NCBI GenBank assembly: GCA_015065455.1
Contig: SVQI01000001.1
Location: 61,090 to 125,089 of the forward strand
Length of the DNA: 64,000 nt
Source: Oscillospiraceae bacterium
GTDB taxonomy: Bacteria; Bacillota; Clostridia; Oscillospirales; CAG-272
Direction: 5' to 3'
Shown here: in pieces, positions 7,902-18,086 of the stretch
Layout: each line of letters begins with the position of its first letter
How positions within the stretch are numbered: the stretch's first letter is position 1
Notes under the pieces: generated by a model
Database searches by the model: none
What the model saw: only the letters and a program-made list of their open reading frames with translations
Told to the model about the DNA's origin: nothing
Made by a program: the position numbers and the translations under genes

Positions 7902-9365
7902 ATGAACAAAGACGATTTCAACAAAACTCCTGACAATACAAACGATAACATAAAAGATAAGGAATTGACCGATATACTCAAAAGGCTGTCCGAAATCCTT
8001 GATACTTCAGTCTCTCTTCAGGACGCCATAGACCTCGTAAAGAGAAAACAGGCAGAAGAAGAGGCTTTAAAAAAGCAGGAAGAACAGGTCAACTTCTTTT
8101 TCTCCGAGTCCGAAACAGATACAAAAGACGAGCCGACAAAAGAGGTCGAAAAAGAATCTGCCGATTCTGAAGAAGAGGCTGTTTCCTACGAAGAAGACAA
8201 CTCACCTGCTGAAGAAGTTGTTTTTGAAACGGAAACAGTTACAGCCGAAGAAAAAAGCAATAGCGTTCCTGATTTTTCCGATTACGCTAATTTTATGATA
8301 AACGAAGAAGAACCCGAAGAACAAAATGATTCATCTGAGGATTTGTCTTTCGTTATCCCCCAAAAAGAAAAAGAAGAAGAGGAAAACAAAGAAGAGCCTG
8401 TCTTTGAGTTTTCTCTTAACGACTCAAACGAAGCTTCCGAAACAAAAGAAACACCCGAAGAAGACAATTCGACTTCCAAAATCTTTGACGAGCTTTTGGC
8501 ATGCTTTGAAAACAGAAAGCTTCCCGACGACTTCCGCTTCTCTTCTTTGCAGGATTATTTAACCAAGCAGGAAGAAGCTTCCAAGGAGCAAACCGCTGAA
8601 GAAGAATCGGTAATTGAAGAAACAACGGAAGATTCTGTTTCCAACGACACAGAAACAGAACAGATTACAGAAAATACAGACGTTCAGGAAGAACAGAACA
8701 CGTTTACTCCCATTTATCATCAGAGTCCCGATGAAGATGATGAAATTTTCTCACAAATCTTTTACGAGGCCAAAAAAGACCGCAAAAACAAGGAAAGAGA
8801 CAAGAAAAAGTGGCAAAAAACAAGCGGAGACGGCGCGGCTTTTCTGCGTGGATTCTTTGACTGGGTAGAAATTGTCGTGTTGTCCTCAGCGTTGGCGTTG
8901 CTTATATTCACCTTTGTTATGCGTCTTGCCGTTGTTGACGGAGACTCAATGAACAACACACTCCACGACAAAGAGCTTCTCGTGATATCCGACCTCATGT
9001 ACGAGCCCAAAAACAACGATATTATAGTTTTTAACGCTCCGTCTTATTCAAAAGAGCCTATCGTAAAGAGAATTATTGCAACGGAAGGTCAGACGGTCGA
9101 TATTGACTTTGAAAACTGGATAGTTACCGTCGATGGAGTACAGCTCAAAGAGGATTACGTAAAAAAACTTCCGCAATATATGAAATCTTCAGATATGCAA
9201 TTCCCACTTACAGTACCCGAAGGCTTCTTATTTGTAATGGGTGATAACAGAAACGATTCGCTTGACTCAAGAGACTCGAGAATCGGCCTTGTTGACGAAA
9301 GATTTGTTCTCGGAGCTGTTAAATTCAGACTCTCTCCCTTGAACAAATTCGGAAAGGTCAAGTAA
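7902..9365 (+). CDS. lepB: Signal peptidase I (S26) with an acidic N-terminal extension of about 320 aa
   Basis: The C-terminal third carries GDSMNNTL (catalytic Ser), KRIIATEG (Lys) and GDNRNDSLDSR boxes after a single TM helix (WVEIVVLSSALALLIFTFV). The N-terminal part is D/E/T/S-rich low complexity. Confidence 0.85.
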   Translation: MNKDDFNKTPDNTNDNIKDKELTDILKRLSEILDTSVSLQDAIDLVKRKQAEEEALKKQEEQVNFFFSESETDTKDEPTKEVEKESADSEEEAVSYEEDNSPAEEVVFETETVTAEEKSNSVPDFSDYANFMINEEEPEEQNDSSEDLSFVIPQKEKEEEENKEEPVFEFSLNDSNEASETKETPEEDNSTSKIFDELLACFENRKLPDDFRFSSLQDYLTKQEEASKEQTAEEESVIEETTEDSVSNDTETEQITENTDVQEEQNTFTPIYHQSPDEDDEIFSQIFYEAKKDRKNKERDKKKWQKTSGDGAAFLRGFFDWVEIVVLSSALALLIFTFVMRLAVVDGDSMNNTLHDKELLVISDLMYEPKNNDIIVFNAPSYSKEPIVKRIIATEGQTVDIDFENWIVTVDGVQLKEDYVKKLPQYMKSSDMQFPLTVPEGFLFVMGDNRNDSLDSRDSRIGLVDERFVLGAVKFRLSPLNKFGKVK

Positions 9366-9391
9366 AAAAGCAATTAAGAAAGGACAGAGAA

Positions 9392-10264
9392 ATGCCTTCT
9401 ACACAGATACAATGGTTCCCCGGACATATGGCGAAAACACGCAGACTGATGAAAGAAAGTCTGCCGTCTGTGGATATATTGATAAACGTTCTTGATTCAA
9501 GAATACCGATAAGCTCAAAGAATCCCGAAATTGATACGTTAGCCGAAAACAAGCCCATTTTGACTCTGCTCAGCAAGTCAAGCCTTGCAGACCCTGCATT
9601 TACTGCAAAGTGGAAGAACTACTACAAGGCAAACAACGAAAACTGCCTTTTTATAGACAGCATAACGGGCGCTAATATAAACGAAATAATGCCTATGATT
9701 CGCAACATTCTCCACGACAAGCTTGCACGTTACGAAGAAAAGGGCATGTCGGGAAGAAACATAAAGGCTATGATAGTGGGTATTCCAAACTCGGGAAAGT
9801 CATCACTTATCAACAAGCTTGCCGGCTCAAAAAAGGTTAAGGTCGAAGACCGTCCCGGAGTTACTTTGACAAAGCAGTGGGTTCCGACCTCAATAGGACT
9901 TGACCTTATGGATATGCCGGGCGTATTATGGCCCAAGTTTGACGACGAAAGAATCGGCGAAAATCTTGCTCTTACAGGAGCTATACGCGACGCGATACTC
10001 GACATTGAGGGATTGGCAGTTGCGCTTTGCTCAAGACTCCGCAATCTTTACCCCGAACTTTTGATGACAAGATACAAGCTCACCGAAAAGGACCTTGACG
10101 AAGATATGCAGGATTACGAGGTTTTTGAAGCCATCGGCAGAAAGAGAGGCTTTCTCATCTCGGGCGGTGAAATAAACTACGAAAGAACGGCGACAATGCT
10201 CCTTGATGAATTCAGGGGCGGAAAAATCGGTAAGATAACGCTTGAGATTCCGCCGACCGACTGA
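9392..10264 (+). CDS. rbgA: Ribosome biogenesis GTPase A (YlqF/RbgA)
   Basis: N-terminal IQWFPGHMAK motif and circularly permuted GTPase motifs (GIPNSGKSSLIN, DMPG) are present. Synteny with rnhB. Confidence 0.9.
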   Translation: MPSTQIQWFPGHMAKTRRLMKESLPSVDILINVLDSRIPISSKNPEIDTLAENKPILTLLSKSSLADPAFTAKWKNYYKANNENCLFIDSITGANINEIMPMIRNILHDKLARYEEKGMSGRNIKAMIVGIPNSGKSSLINKLAGSKKVKVEDRPGVTLTKQWVPTSIGLDLMDMPGVLWPKFDDERIGENLALTGAIRDAILDIEGLAVALCSRLRNLYPELLMTRYKLTEKDLDEDMQDYEVFEAIGRKRGFLISGGEINYERTATMLLDEFRGGKIGKITLEIPPTD

Positions 10265-10300
10265 TTTTTTAAACATTTTCTTTAATTTACGAGGTTTCAA

Positions 10301-10909
10301 ATGCTTAACTGGGATTTGGAAAACGAAATAAAGCTGCAAGGATACAACGTTATATGCGGCTGTGATGAAGCGGGCAGAGGTCCGCTTGCGGGCGAAGTTG
10401 CCGCCGCCGCTTGTATACTGCCGCAGGGAATTGAAATAAAAGGCCTTAACGACTCAAAAAAACTTTCCGAAAAGAAAAGAGAGGAGCTTTTTAAGGTCAT
10501 ACAGGAAGCATCGATAAGCTGTGCTGTTGCAACCTGCTCGGTTCAGGAGATTGAAGAATACAACATTCTCGAATGTGCGCTTCTCGCTATGAGAAGAGCT
10601 GTTGAAATGCTTGACGTAAAGCCCGAATTTATTCTTGTTGACGGAAATATAAACAGAGGGTTCAGTCTTCCTTCAAAGGCTGTTATCGGCGGAGATGCAA
10701 AATCGCCCAATATTGCCGCCGCATCCATACTCGCAAAGGTTACGAGGGACAGACTGTGCTATCAGCTCGACGAAAAATACCCCATGTACGGATTTGCAAA
10801 ACACAAGGGCTACGCGACCAAAGAGCACAGAGAGGCAATTTTGAAATACGGCCCCTGCCCCGAACACAGAAGTCTTTTCTTGCGCAAGATTTTAAACAAA
10901 GATGAGTAA
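10301..10909 (+). CDS. rnhB: Ribonuclease HII
   Basis: CGCDEAGRGPLAGEV and LNDSKKLS motifs are present. The size and the position after rbgA both fit. Confidence 0.9.
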   Translation: MLNWDLENEIKLQGYNVICGCDEAGRGPLAGEVAAAACILPQGIEIKGLNDSKKLSEKKREELFKVIQEASISCAVATCSVQEIEEYNILECALLAMRRAVEMLDVKPEFILVDGNINRGFSLPSKAVIGGDAKSPNIAAASILAKVTRDRLCYQLDEKYPMYGFAKHKGYATKEHREAILKYGPCPEHRSLFLRKILNKDE

Positions 10910-11288
10910 TACCACAAGACAAACGGGAAGACAGGGAGAAAATGCCGCGGCAGAGTGGCTTACAAAAAACGGATATACGGTAATTTGCCGTAATTATACC
11001 TCACCTCACGGAGAAATTGACATAATAGCCGAGGACGAAAAATATATTGTTTTTGTTGAGGTCAAATACAGAAAAAATTCCGTATTTCTTTCTAAATACG
11101 GCAGACCCGTACGCGCGGTAAATAAAAGCAAAAAAGAGCATATAATCTATACGGCAAAGCACTACATAAATAAATTCAGCCCAAATAAAAAACCGCGCAT
11201 TGACGTCATCGAAATAATAAGTGACGAGATGGATAACGGGTTTGTTTCTTTAAGCATCAAACACTACAAAAACGCTTTCGGAGAGTGA
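10902..11288 (+). CDS. yraN: YraN family (UPF0102) endonuclease-like protein
   Basis: G.QGE..A..WL...GY.I..RNY....GEIDIIA......VFVEVK.R pattern. The gene overlaps the rnhB stop. Confidence 0.8.
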   Translation: MSNTTRQTGRQGENAAAEWLTKNGYTVICRNYTSPHGEIDIIAEDEKYIVFVEVKYRKNSVFLSKYGRPVRAVNKSKKEHIIYTAKHYINKFSPNKKPRIDVIEIISDEMDNGFVSLSIKHYKNAFGE

Positions 11289-12187
11289 TTACTATTAAAA
11301 TTTTTGATACGCACTGCGATACCGCTTACTATATGCAGGAAGCGGGATTAGGTTTTGACAACCAAGAAACTCACGTATCAAAGCAAAGGTTAGAAAATTA
11401 CGAGGTGTTCGAGCAGATGTTCGCCATATGGTCGTGCCCAAGACGGACACCGGAAGAATGTTGGGAGCATTTCCACGAAGTAAAAAAGCATTTTGACAGG
11501 GAGATTTACTCTCAAAAAAGTGATAGATTTATTCCGCACCTTGCAGTTGAAGGCTGTTCACTTCTGAACAGTGATCTATCAAGAATAGATGCACTTAAAA
11601 ATTACGGAGTCAGAATGATGACTCTCGTATGGAAAGACGAATGCTGTATGGGCGGAGCTCATAATACAAACGTAGGCCTCACCGATTTTGGCAAGGCGGC
11701 TGTCGAAAAAATGTTTGAACTTAACATCGTTCCCGACATCAGCCACGCGTCAGACAAAATGGCTTACGAAACGTTTGAGCTTGCAGATAAATACAATAAA
11801 CCTATTTTCGCAAGTCATTCAAACCTCAGAAAAATCACAAACCACACCCGAAATATGACCGACGATATGTTTTTGTGTCTCATGAAAACGGGCGGTATGG
11901 CGGGGTTAAATTTTTGTTGTGATTTTTTAGAGGATACAGACATAAAAAAAGCCGATATTACTTCAATCATACGCCATCTTGAGCATTATCTTGAGCTTGG
12001 CGGAGAACATAACGTATGCCTCGGCTGTGATTTTGACGGCATAGACGAACTGCCACTGGGAATAGACGGTGTTCACTCCCTCGGCAAACTTTACGAGGAA
12101 TTGAAAAAAATTAATTACAGCGACGCTTTGATTGAAAATATATTTTATAATAACGCTCACAGCTTTTTTCAAAGCTACATAGATTAG
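11285..12187 (+). CDS. Membrane-dipeptidase family (peptidase M19-like) metallohydrolase
   Basis: DTHCD near the N-terminus, then ISHASD and ASHSN motifs typical of M19 as I recall. GTG start overlaps the yraN stop. Confidence 0.65.
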   Translation: MITIKIFDTHCDTAYYMQEAGLGFDNQETHVSKQRLENYEVFEQMFAIWSCPRRTPEECWEHFHEVKKHFDREIYSQKSDRFIPHLAVEGCSLLNSDLSRIDALKNYGVRMMTLVWKDECCMGGAHNTNVGLTDFGKAAVEKMFELNIVPDISHASDKMAYETFELADKYNKPIFASHSNLRKITNHTRNMTDDMFLCLMKTGGMAGLNFCCDFLEDTDIKKADITSIIRHLEHYLELGGEHNVCLGCDFDGIDELPLGIDGVHSLGKLYEELKKINYSDALIENIFYNNAHSFFQSYID

Positions 12188-12235
12188 TAAAATAAAAAAG
12201 ATAAATAATACAACTGATATAAAGAAGGGCAGAAA

Positions 12236-13723
12236 ATGAAAAACATTAACTACATCAGCACAAGAGGAAACACAAATCCCGTATCTTCCGCGCAGGCTAT
12301 TAAGCAAGGTCTTGCCGATGACGGCGGTCTTTTTATGCCGGAAGCTATTCCCTCTCTTACAGAAAAGGATTTTGACGTATTGAAAAAGGCTTCGTATCCT
12401 GAAAGAGCCGCTTACGTTATGTCAAAGTTCCTTACTGATTACACATACGAAGAGCTTCTTGCAGATTGCAAGGAAAGCTATTCGGAAGCTCGCTTCCCCG
12501 GCGGTGCCGCTCCCTTAACAAACGTAGGAAATCTCCGTTTGCTTGAGCTTTGGCACGGTCCTACCTGCGCTTTCAAGGATATGGCGCTTCAGGTTATGCC
12601 GAGACTTCTTTCAAGAGCTTTGGTAAAGACGGGCGAAAAAAGAACTGCTTTTATCCTCGTTGCAACGTCAGGTGATACAGGTAAGGCTGCGCTTGAAGGC
12701 TACAAGGACGTTGACGGAATTAAAATTATGGTATTCTACCCCGTTGACGGCGTAAGTAAGGTTCAGAAATTACAGATGGCAACTCAGGAAGGAAACAACG
12801 TTACCGTTTGCGCTATCAAGGGTAACTTTGACGATGCTCAGAACGGCGTTAAAAAGATTTTCGGAAACGCTGAAACAGCAGAACTTTTAAACAAGAATGA
12901 CCACTTCTTCTCCTCGGCTAACTCTATTAACTGGGGCAGACTCGTTCCTCAGATAGTTTACTATATTTCTTCATACTGCGATATGGTAAACGCCGGCGAT
13001 ATAAATGAAGGAGACGAAGTAAATATATGCGTTCCCACAGGTAACTTCGGTAATATTTTTGCCGCTTATATTGCAAAAATGATGGGGCTTCCCGTTAACC
13101 GCTTTATCTGCGCTTCAAACTGCAACAATATCCTCACCGATTTTATTTCAACGGGTACGTACGACAGAAACCGTGCGTTCCACACGACTATGTCTCCCTC
13201 TATGGATATTCTTATTTCGAGCAACCTCGAAAGACTCCTCTACGTTATCGCAGGTCAGGAAAAGACTGCTTCTTATATGAAGGAGCTTAACACAAAGGGC
13301 GTATATACAGTAGAAAACGAAGTTAAAGAAAAGATTTCTTCTAACTTCTCAGGCTACTTCTGCGGAGAAGAGGATACCGCTAAAACCATTAAAGAAACTT
13401 TTGATAATTACAACTACCTCATTGATACTCATACGGCAGTAGCTGTTAAGTGCGCAAATGAGTATATGAAGGATACCGGAGATAACCGCAAGATAATCGT
13501 TGCTTCAACGGCATCTCCTTATAAGTTTGCATCAAATGTTTACACGTCTCTTACAGGCGAATCTCTTGAAAACGAATTTGATGCACTTAAGGCAACAGAA
13601 AAGCTTTCGGGTACAAATATTCCTACCCCCTTGGCAACACTTGAAAGCAAGGCTGTACGCTTTACTACCGTTATTAACCCCGATGATATGACTAAGGAAG
13701 TTTTAAAAACCATCGGAATCTGA
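12236..13723 (+). CDS. thrC: Threonine synthase (long form)
   Basis: PLP-lysine context PTCAFKDMALQ and TSGDTG are present. The 495-aa length fits the long ThrC class. Confidence 0.9.
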   Translation: MKNINYISTRGNTNPVSSAQAIKQGLADDGGLFMPEAIPSLTEKDFDVLKKASYPERAAYVMSKFLTDYTYEELLADCKESYSEARFPGGAAPLTNVGNLRLLELWHGPTCAFKDMALQVMPRLLSRALVKTGEKRTAFILVATSGDTGKAALEGYKDVDGIKIMVFYPVDGVSKVQKLQMATQEGNNVTVCAIKGNFDDAQNGVKKIFGNAETAELLNKNDHFFSSANSINWGRLVPQIVYYISSYCDMVNAGDINEGDEVNICVPTGNFGNIFAAYIAKMMGLPVNRFICASNCNNILTDFISTGTYDRNRAFHTTMSPSMDILISSNLERLLYVIAGQEKTASYMKELNTKGVYTVENEVKEKISSNFSGYFCGEEDTAKTIKETFDNYNYLIDTHTAVAVKCANEYMKDTGDNRKIIVASTASPYKFASNVYTSLTGESLENEFDALKATEKLSGTNIPTPLATLESKAVRFTTVINPDDMTKEVLKTIGI

Positions 13724-13761
13724 ATTTTACACTGTTTTTTGAAAACTTTTGGGAGGTAATT

Positions 13762-14472
13762 ATGTCACTGTTTGCTCTGTCGGATACGCATTTGTCCCTT
13801 TATAACGACAAGCCGATGGATATATTCGGCAACAGATGGCAGTCCTACGCCCAGAAATTAGACAAAGGCTGGAAGGCAGTCGTTACCGATAAAGATACGG
13901 TGGTGATTGCGGGCGACGTTTCGTGGGGAATATCACTTGAAGAGGCAAAGCTCGACTTAAAATATATTGACAGTCTGCCGGGAAAGAAGATTATTTCAAA
14001 GGGTAATCACGACTATTGGTGGTCAACTGCATCAAAAATTAACAAGTTTTTTGAAGAAAACGGTATTACGACCATCGGTTGTATGCACAATAACGCTTTT
14101 GTTGTGGATAACGTTACCGTTTGCGGAACGAGAGGCTGGTTCAGCGAGGGCAAAAATGCCCCCAGAGAAGCCGATTTTGATAAGATAGTTGCAAGAGAGG
14201 CAGGACGGCTCGAGCTTTCAATAAAAGAAGGATTGAAGCTGTCGGAAAATAACGAAATTGTTGTTTTTCTCCATTTCCCGCCCGTGTATAACGATTACGT
14301 GTGCGACGAGATACTCGACGTTTTACATAAATATAACGTAAAAAGAGTTTTCTACGGTCACATTCACGGCGTTTATAATCTTCCTCAGACGATAAGCTTT
14401 GACGGAATCGAATTTAGCATAACGTCTGCCGACTATCTCAACTTTGTGCCTTTGCTCGTTAACAAATCTTAA
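13762..14472 (+). CDS. Calcineurin-like metallophosphoesterase
   Basis: Motif series SDTHL, GDVSWG, GNHDYWW and GHIHG. Confidence 0.75.
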   Translation: MSLFALSDTHLSLYNDKPMDIFGNRWQSYAQKLDKGWKAVVTDKDTVVIAGDVSWGISLEEAKLDLKYIDSLPGKKIISKGNHDYWWSTASKINKFFEENGITTIGCMHNNAFVVDNVTVCGTRGWFSEGKNAPREADFDKIVAREAGRLELSIKEGLKLSENNEIVVFLHFPPVYNDYVCDEILDVLHKYNVKRVFYGHIHGVYNLPQTISFDGIEFSITSADYLNFVPLLVNKS

Positions 14473-14524
14473 AACATTTTTCGGCAAAATACCCACATTT
14501 CAGTAAATTTTTTTGTATATTCTA

Positions 14525-14553
14525 TTGACTTTTAGAGTGTATGGATATAAAAT
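14525..14553 (+). promoter_or_regulatory. Putative tig promoter
   Basis: TTGACT, a 17-nt spacer, then TAAAAT. Confidence 0.4.
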
Positions 14554-14592
14554 AATATGATAGGAAAAATATTCATTCCGGAGGAATAACAA

Positions 14593-16047
14593 ATGAGTTT
14601 AAAAAACGTAACAAAGACAGAAAAGAACGTTGTGGAAATTGAATTTTCCATCGACAAAAAGCTTTTCGATGAGGAAGTAAGCCGCGTGTATAAGAAGAAC
14701 GTTGCAAGAATGAACGTTCCCGGCTTCAGAAAAGGTAAAGCTCCCCGTTCCATCATTGAAAAGATGTATGGCAAGGGCGTATTCTATGATGACGCTATTA
14801 ACAATCTTCTCCCCGAAGCATATTCCGAAGCAGTTAAGGAATCCAACGAAATCGTTGTAAGCCAGCCCGAATTTGAGGTTGTTTCTATCGACGACAACGG
14901 CGTTGTTCTTAAGGCTAAGGTTTATGTTAAACCCGAAGTTGAAATAGAAGGCTACAAGGGTATCGAAGTTGAAAAGACAGTTCGCAAGGCAACAGCAGAA
15001 GATATCAATAAGGAAATTGAAGCAGCTCGTCAGCGTAACAGCCGTATGATCGATATTACAGACCGCGCAGCTCAGAACGGCGATAACGTTATTATCGACT
15101 ACGAAGGCTTTGCAGACGGCGTTGCATTTGAAGGCGGCAAGGGCGAAAAGCACGACCTTAAGCTTGGCTCCGGTCAGTTTATCCCCGGCTTTGAAGATCA
15201 GATCGTTGGTCACAACATCGGCGACGCATTCGACGTAAACGTTAAGTTCCCCGAAGAATACCACGCTGATAGTTTGGCTGGCAAAGAAGCTGTATTTAAA
15301 GTAGTTCTTCACGAAATCAAGTTCAACGAACTCCCCGAACTCAACGACGAGTTTGCAAAGGACGTTTCGGAATTTGATACACTTGATGAATATAAAGCTG
15401 ACGTTAAGGCAAAAATCCAGAGTAGATATGAGAAGGAAGCTGAAAATCACGTTGAAGAACAGCTTATCGACGCTCTTATCGAAAAGCTTCAGGCTGATAT
15501 CCCCGAAGCTATGGTTGAAACAGAAGCTGAAAACCTCCTCCGCGACTACGACAACAACCTTCGTATGCAGGGTATGAACCTCGCTGACTTCGTTAAGTAC
15601 ACAGGTATGTCCCTCGATACTATGCGCGAGCAGTTCAAGCCCCGCGCTGAACGTCAGGTTAAGACAAGACTTGCTCTTGAAAAAATTGCTGAACTCGAAA
15701 ACATTGAAGTTTCCGAAAACGAAATTGAAGAAGAATTCAACAGAATCGCTGCTATGTACAGCATAGACGTTGAAGAAGTTAAGAAGAGCATCGAAAGCGA
15801 AAACTTGAAGAAGGACCTCGCTGTTCAGAAGGCAGTTGACTTGGTTAAGGCTGAAGCTGTAGTTGCAAAGGCAAAGAAGACAACAACTAAGAAGACAGCA
15901 GCTAAGAAGGAAGAAGAAGCAACAGCTGAAGAAAAGCCCGCTGCAAAGAAGACAACTACAAAGAAGACAACTACAACAACTGCTAAAAAAACAACAACTA
16001 CAACAAAGAAAACTGCTGCAAAAAAGGCAGAAGACAAGGCTGAATAA
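14593..16047 (+). CDS. tig: Trigger factor with a Lys/Thr/Ala-rich C-terminal tail of about 55 aa
   Basis: Ribosome-binding motif GFRKGKAP and a central FKBP-like domain are present, with clpP-clpX downstream. The tail reads KAKKTTTKKTAAKK...KKTTTTTKKTAAKKAEDKAE. Confidence 0.9.
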   Translation: MSLKNVTKTEKNVVEIEFSIDKKLFDEEVSRVYKKNVARMNVPGFRKGKAPRSIIEKMYGKGVFYDDAINNLLPEAYSEAVKESNEIVVSQPEFEVVSIDDNGVVLKAKVYVKPEVEIEGYKGIEVEKTVRKATAEDINKEIEAARQRNSRMIDITDRAAQNGDNVIIDYEGFADGVAFEGGKGEKHDLKLGSGQFIPGFEDQIVGHNIGDAFDVNVKFPEEYHADSLAGKEAVFKVVLHEIKFNELPELNDEFAKDVSEFDTLDEYKADVKAKIQSRYEKEAENHVEEQLIDALIEKLQADIPEAMVETEAENLLRDYDNNLRMQGMNLADFVKYTGMSLDTMREQFKPRAERQVKTRLALEKIAELENIEVSENEIEEEFNRIAAMYSIDVEEVKKSIESENLKKDLAVQKAVDLVKAEAVVAKAKKTTTKKTAAKKEEEATAEEKPAAKKTTTKKTTTTTAKKTTTTTKKTAAKKAEDKAE

Positions 16048-16106
16048 TTTAGCCTGATACTTACTTAGAGAAAGCAGCAGAAATATACAGACAAGGAGAT
16101 ACGAAT

Positions 16107-16691
16107 ATGGCATTGGTACCAACAGTTATAGAACAAACAAACCGTGGCGAAAGAGCGTATGACATTTACTCCCGTTTGCTCAATGACAGAATTATTTTTC
16201 TCAGCGACGAAGTTAATGACACAACAGCATCTCTTGTAGTAGCTCAGCTGCTTTTCCTTGAAGCGCAAGACCCCGATAAAGATATTTCTTTGTATATAAA
16301 CAGCCCCGGCGGTTCAATAACCGCCGGAATGGCTATTTATGATACTATGAACTACATTAAATGCGACGTTTCTACCATTTGCGTAGGTATGGCGGCAAGC
16401 ATGGGTGCTTTTCTCCTTTCCGCAGGCGCAAAGGGCAAGAGATGTGCTCTCCCCAACAGCGAAATTATGATACACCAGCCTCTCGGCGGTATGCAGGGTC
16501 AGGCTACCGATATTAAAATCCACGCAGACCGTATCATTAAGATTCGCGAAAAGCTTAACTCCATTCTTTCGGATGTTACCGGTCAGCCCATTGAAAAGAT
16601 TGAACACGATACCGAAAGAGATAACTTTATGTCCGCAGAAGAGGCGCTTAATTACGGCCTTATTGACAAGGTTATTACAAAAAAGATTTAA
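16107..16691 (+). CDS. clpP: ATP-dependent Clp protease proteolytic subunit
   Basis: Catalytic contexts [11 protein letters not shown] and IMIHQPLGG. Confidence 0.95.
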   Translation: MALVPTVIEQTNRGERAYDIYSRLLNDRIIFLSDEVNDTTASLVVAQLLFLEAQDPDKDISLYINSPGGSITAGMAIYDTMNYIKCDVSTICVGMAASMGAFLLSAGAKGKRCALPNSEIMIHQPLGGMQGQATDIKIHADRIIKIREKLNSILSDVTGQPIEKIEHDTERDNFMSAEEALNYGLIDKVITKKI

Positions 16692-16712
16692 TTTCCGAAG
16701 GGATATACGTAA

Positions 16713-17993
16713 ATGGCAAATAACGACGGCAAGAAAACAAGCGTTATCCGTTGTTCTTTCTGCGGCAGAGACGAAGACTCTGTTGAGTTTCTTATTCCAT
16801 CACCCATTTTAGAGGGCGCTTTTATTTGCAACGATTGTATAGAAACTTGCGGAAGAATAATTGACGACCACAAGGCTTATGCGGGCAAGAGTGATAAGCT
16901 ATCTCTTAAGACTCTCCCCAAGCCCCAACAGATAAAAAAGACTCTCGACGAGTACGTTATAGGTCAGGATGAAGCAAAAAAAGTGCTTTCGGTCTCGGTT
17001 TATAACCACTACAAGAGAATTCTCAGCAAGGAAAACTCCAAGAAAAAAGACTCCGTTGAAATTCAGAAAAGCAACGTTTTGCTCCTCGGACCTACGGGCG
17101 TCGGTAAGACTTTTCTTGCGCAGACACTTGCAAAAACGCTTAAAGTCCCCTTTGCGATTGCCGATGCTACTACCCTTACAGAAGCAGGATACGTCGGCGA
17201 AGACGTTGAAAACATTTTGTTAAGACTTATACAGGCTGCCGACTACGACGTTGAATTGGCTGAAAAGGGCATTATTTATATTGACGAAATTGATAAGATT
17301 TCAAGAAGAAGCGAAAACCGCTCAATAACCCGCGACGTTTCGGGCGAGGGCGTACAGCAGGCATTGTTGAAAATTCTTGAAGGCACCGTTTCAAACGTTC
17401 CCCCTCAGGGCGGAAGAAAGCACCCGAACCAAGAATTTATTCAGATCAATACCGAAAATATTTTGTTTATCTGCGGCGGAGCTTTTGACGGCCTTACCGA
17501 TATTATCGAAAAAAGAGCAGGTAATCAGCTTATCGGTTTCGGAAGCAATATCCAAACTAAAGAAGAAAAAAAGAAACATAATCTCTACAAAGACGTTGTT
17601 TCTCACGATATAGTAAAATACGGTATTATTCCCGAGCTCGTCGGAAGACTTCCCGTCATTGTAGGTCTTGAAGAGCTCGACAGCGACGCTTTGGTCAGAA
17701 TTTTGAAAGAGCCTAAAAATTCTCTCATAAAACAGTATCAGAAGCTGTTTGAGATGGATAAGGTGACGCTTGATTTTGACGAAAAAGCACTTGAAGAAAT
17801 AGCTAAATTAGCTATTGAAAGAAATATCGGAGCTCGCGGACTCCGCTCTATAATGGAAGGCTTTATGACCGACATTATGTACGACGTACCGTCAAGAAAC
17901 GATATCGATACCGTTACGATCACAGAAGATACAGTAAAGAAACTGGATAGCCCAAAATATATACTTAAGCAAAACAAGGGTGAACAGGCATAA
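16713..17993 (+). CDS. clpX: ATP-dependent Clp protease ATP-binding subunit ClpX
   Basis: N-terminal zinc finger CSFCGR...CNDC, Walker A GPTGVGKT and Walker [10 protein letters not shown]. Confidence 0.95.
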   Translation: MANNDGKKTSVIRCSFCGRDEDSVEFLIPSPILEGAFICNDCIETCGRIIDDHKAYAGKSDKLSLKTLPKPQQIKKTLDEYVIGQDEAKKVLSVSVYNHYKRILSKENSKKKDSVEIQKSNVLLLGPTGVGKTFLAQTLAKTLKVPFAIADATTLTEAGYVGEDVENILLRLIQAADYDVELAEKGIIYIDEIDKISRRSENRSITRDVSGEGVQQALLKILEGTVSNVPPQGGRKHPNQEFIQINTENILFICGGAFDGLTDIIEKRAGNQLIGFGSNIQTKEEKKKHNLYKDVVSHDIVKYGIIPELVGRLPVIVGLEELDSDALVRILKEPKNSLIKQYQKLFEMDKVTLDFDEKALEEIAKLAIERNIGARGLRSIMEGFMTDIMYDVPSRNDIDTVTITEDTVKKLDSPKYILKQNKGEQA

Positions 17994-18015
17994 ATTGTAG
18001 ATTAAATGACAAAAC

Positions 18016-18048
18016 ACCCTCACATTAGCTTTTGTGAGGGTATTTTTT
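18016..18048 (+). terminator. Intrinsic terminator after clpX
   Basis: ACCCTCACA-ttagctttt-GTGAGGGT followed by ATTTTTT. Confidence 0.75.
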
Positions 18049-18086
18049 GGCTGTAATTTCAGTCTTCGATAAGAAGGATTATTATT

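Noticed and set aside
14599-16122. A 507-aa ORF on the minus strand covering the whole of tig
   Set aside because: It is exactly antisense to a gene with unmistakable trigger-factor motifs. Its translation is low-complexity (C/F/L/S/V-rich), it has no RBS, and it extends past the tig terminator region. It is a shadow ORF produced by the GAA/AAG/GAC-rich codon usage of the sense strand.
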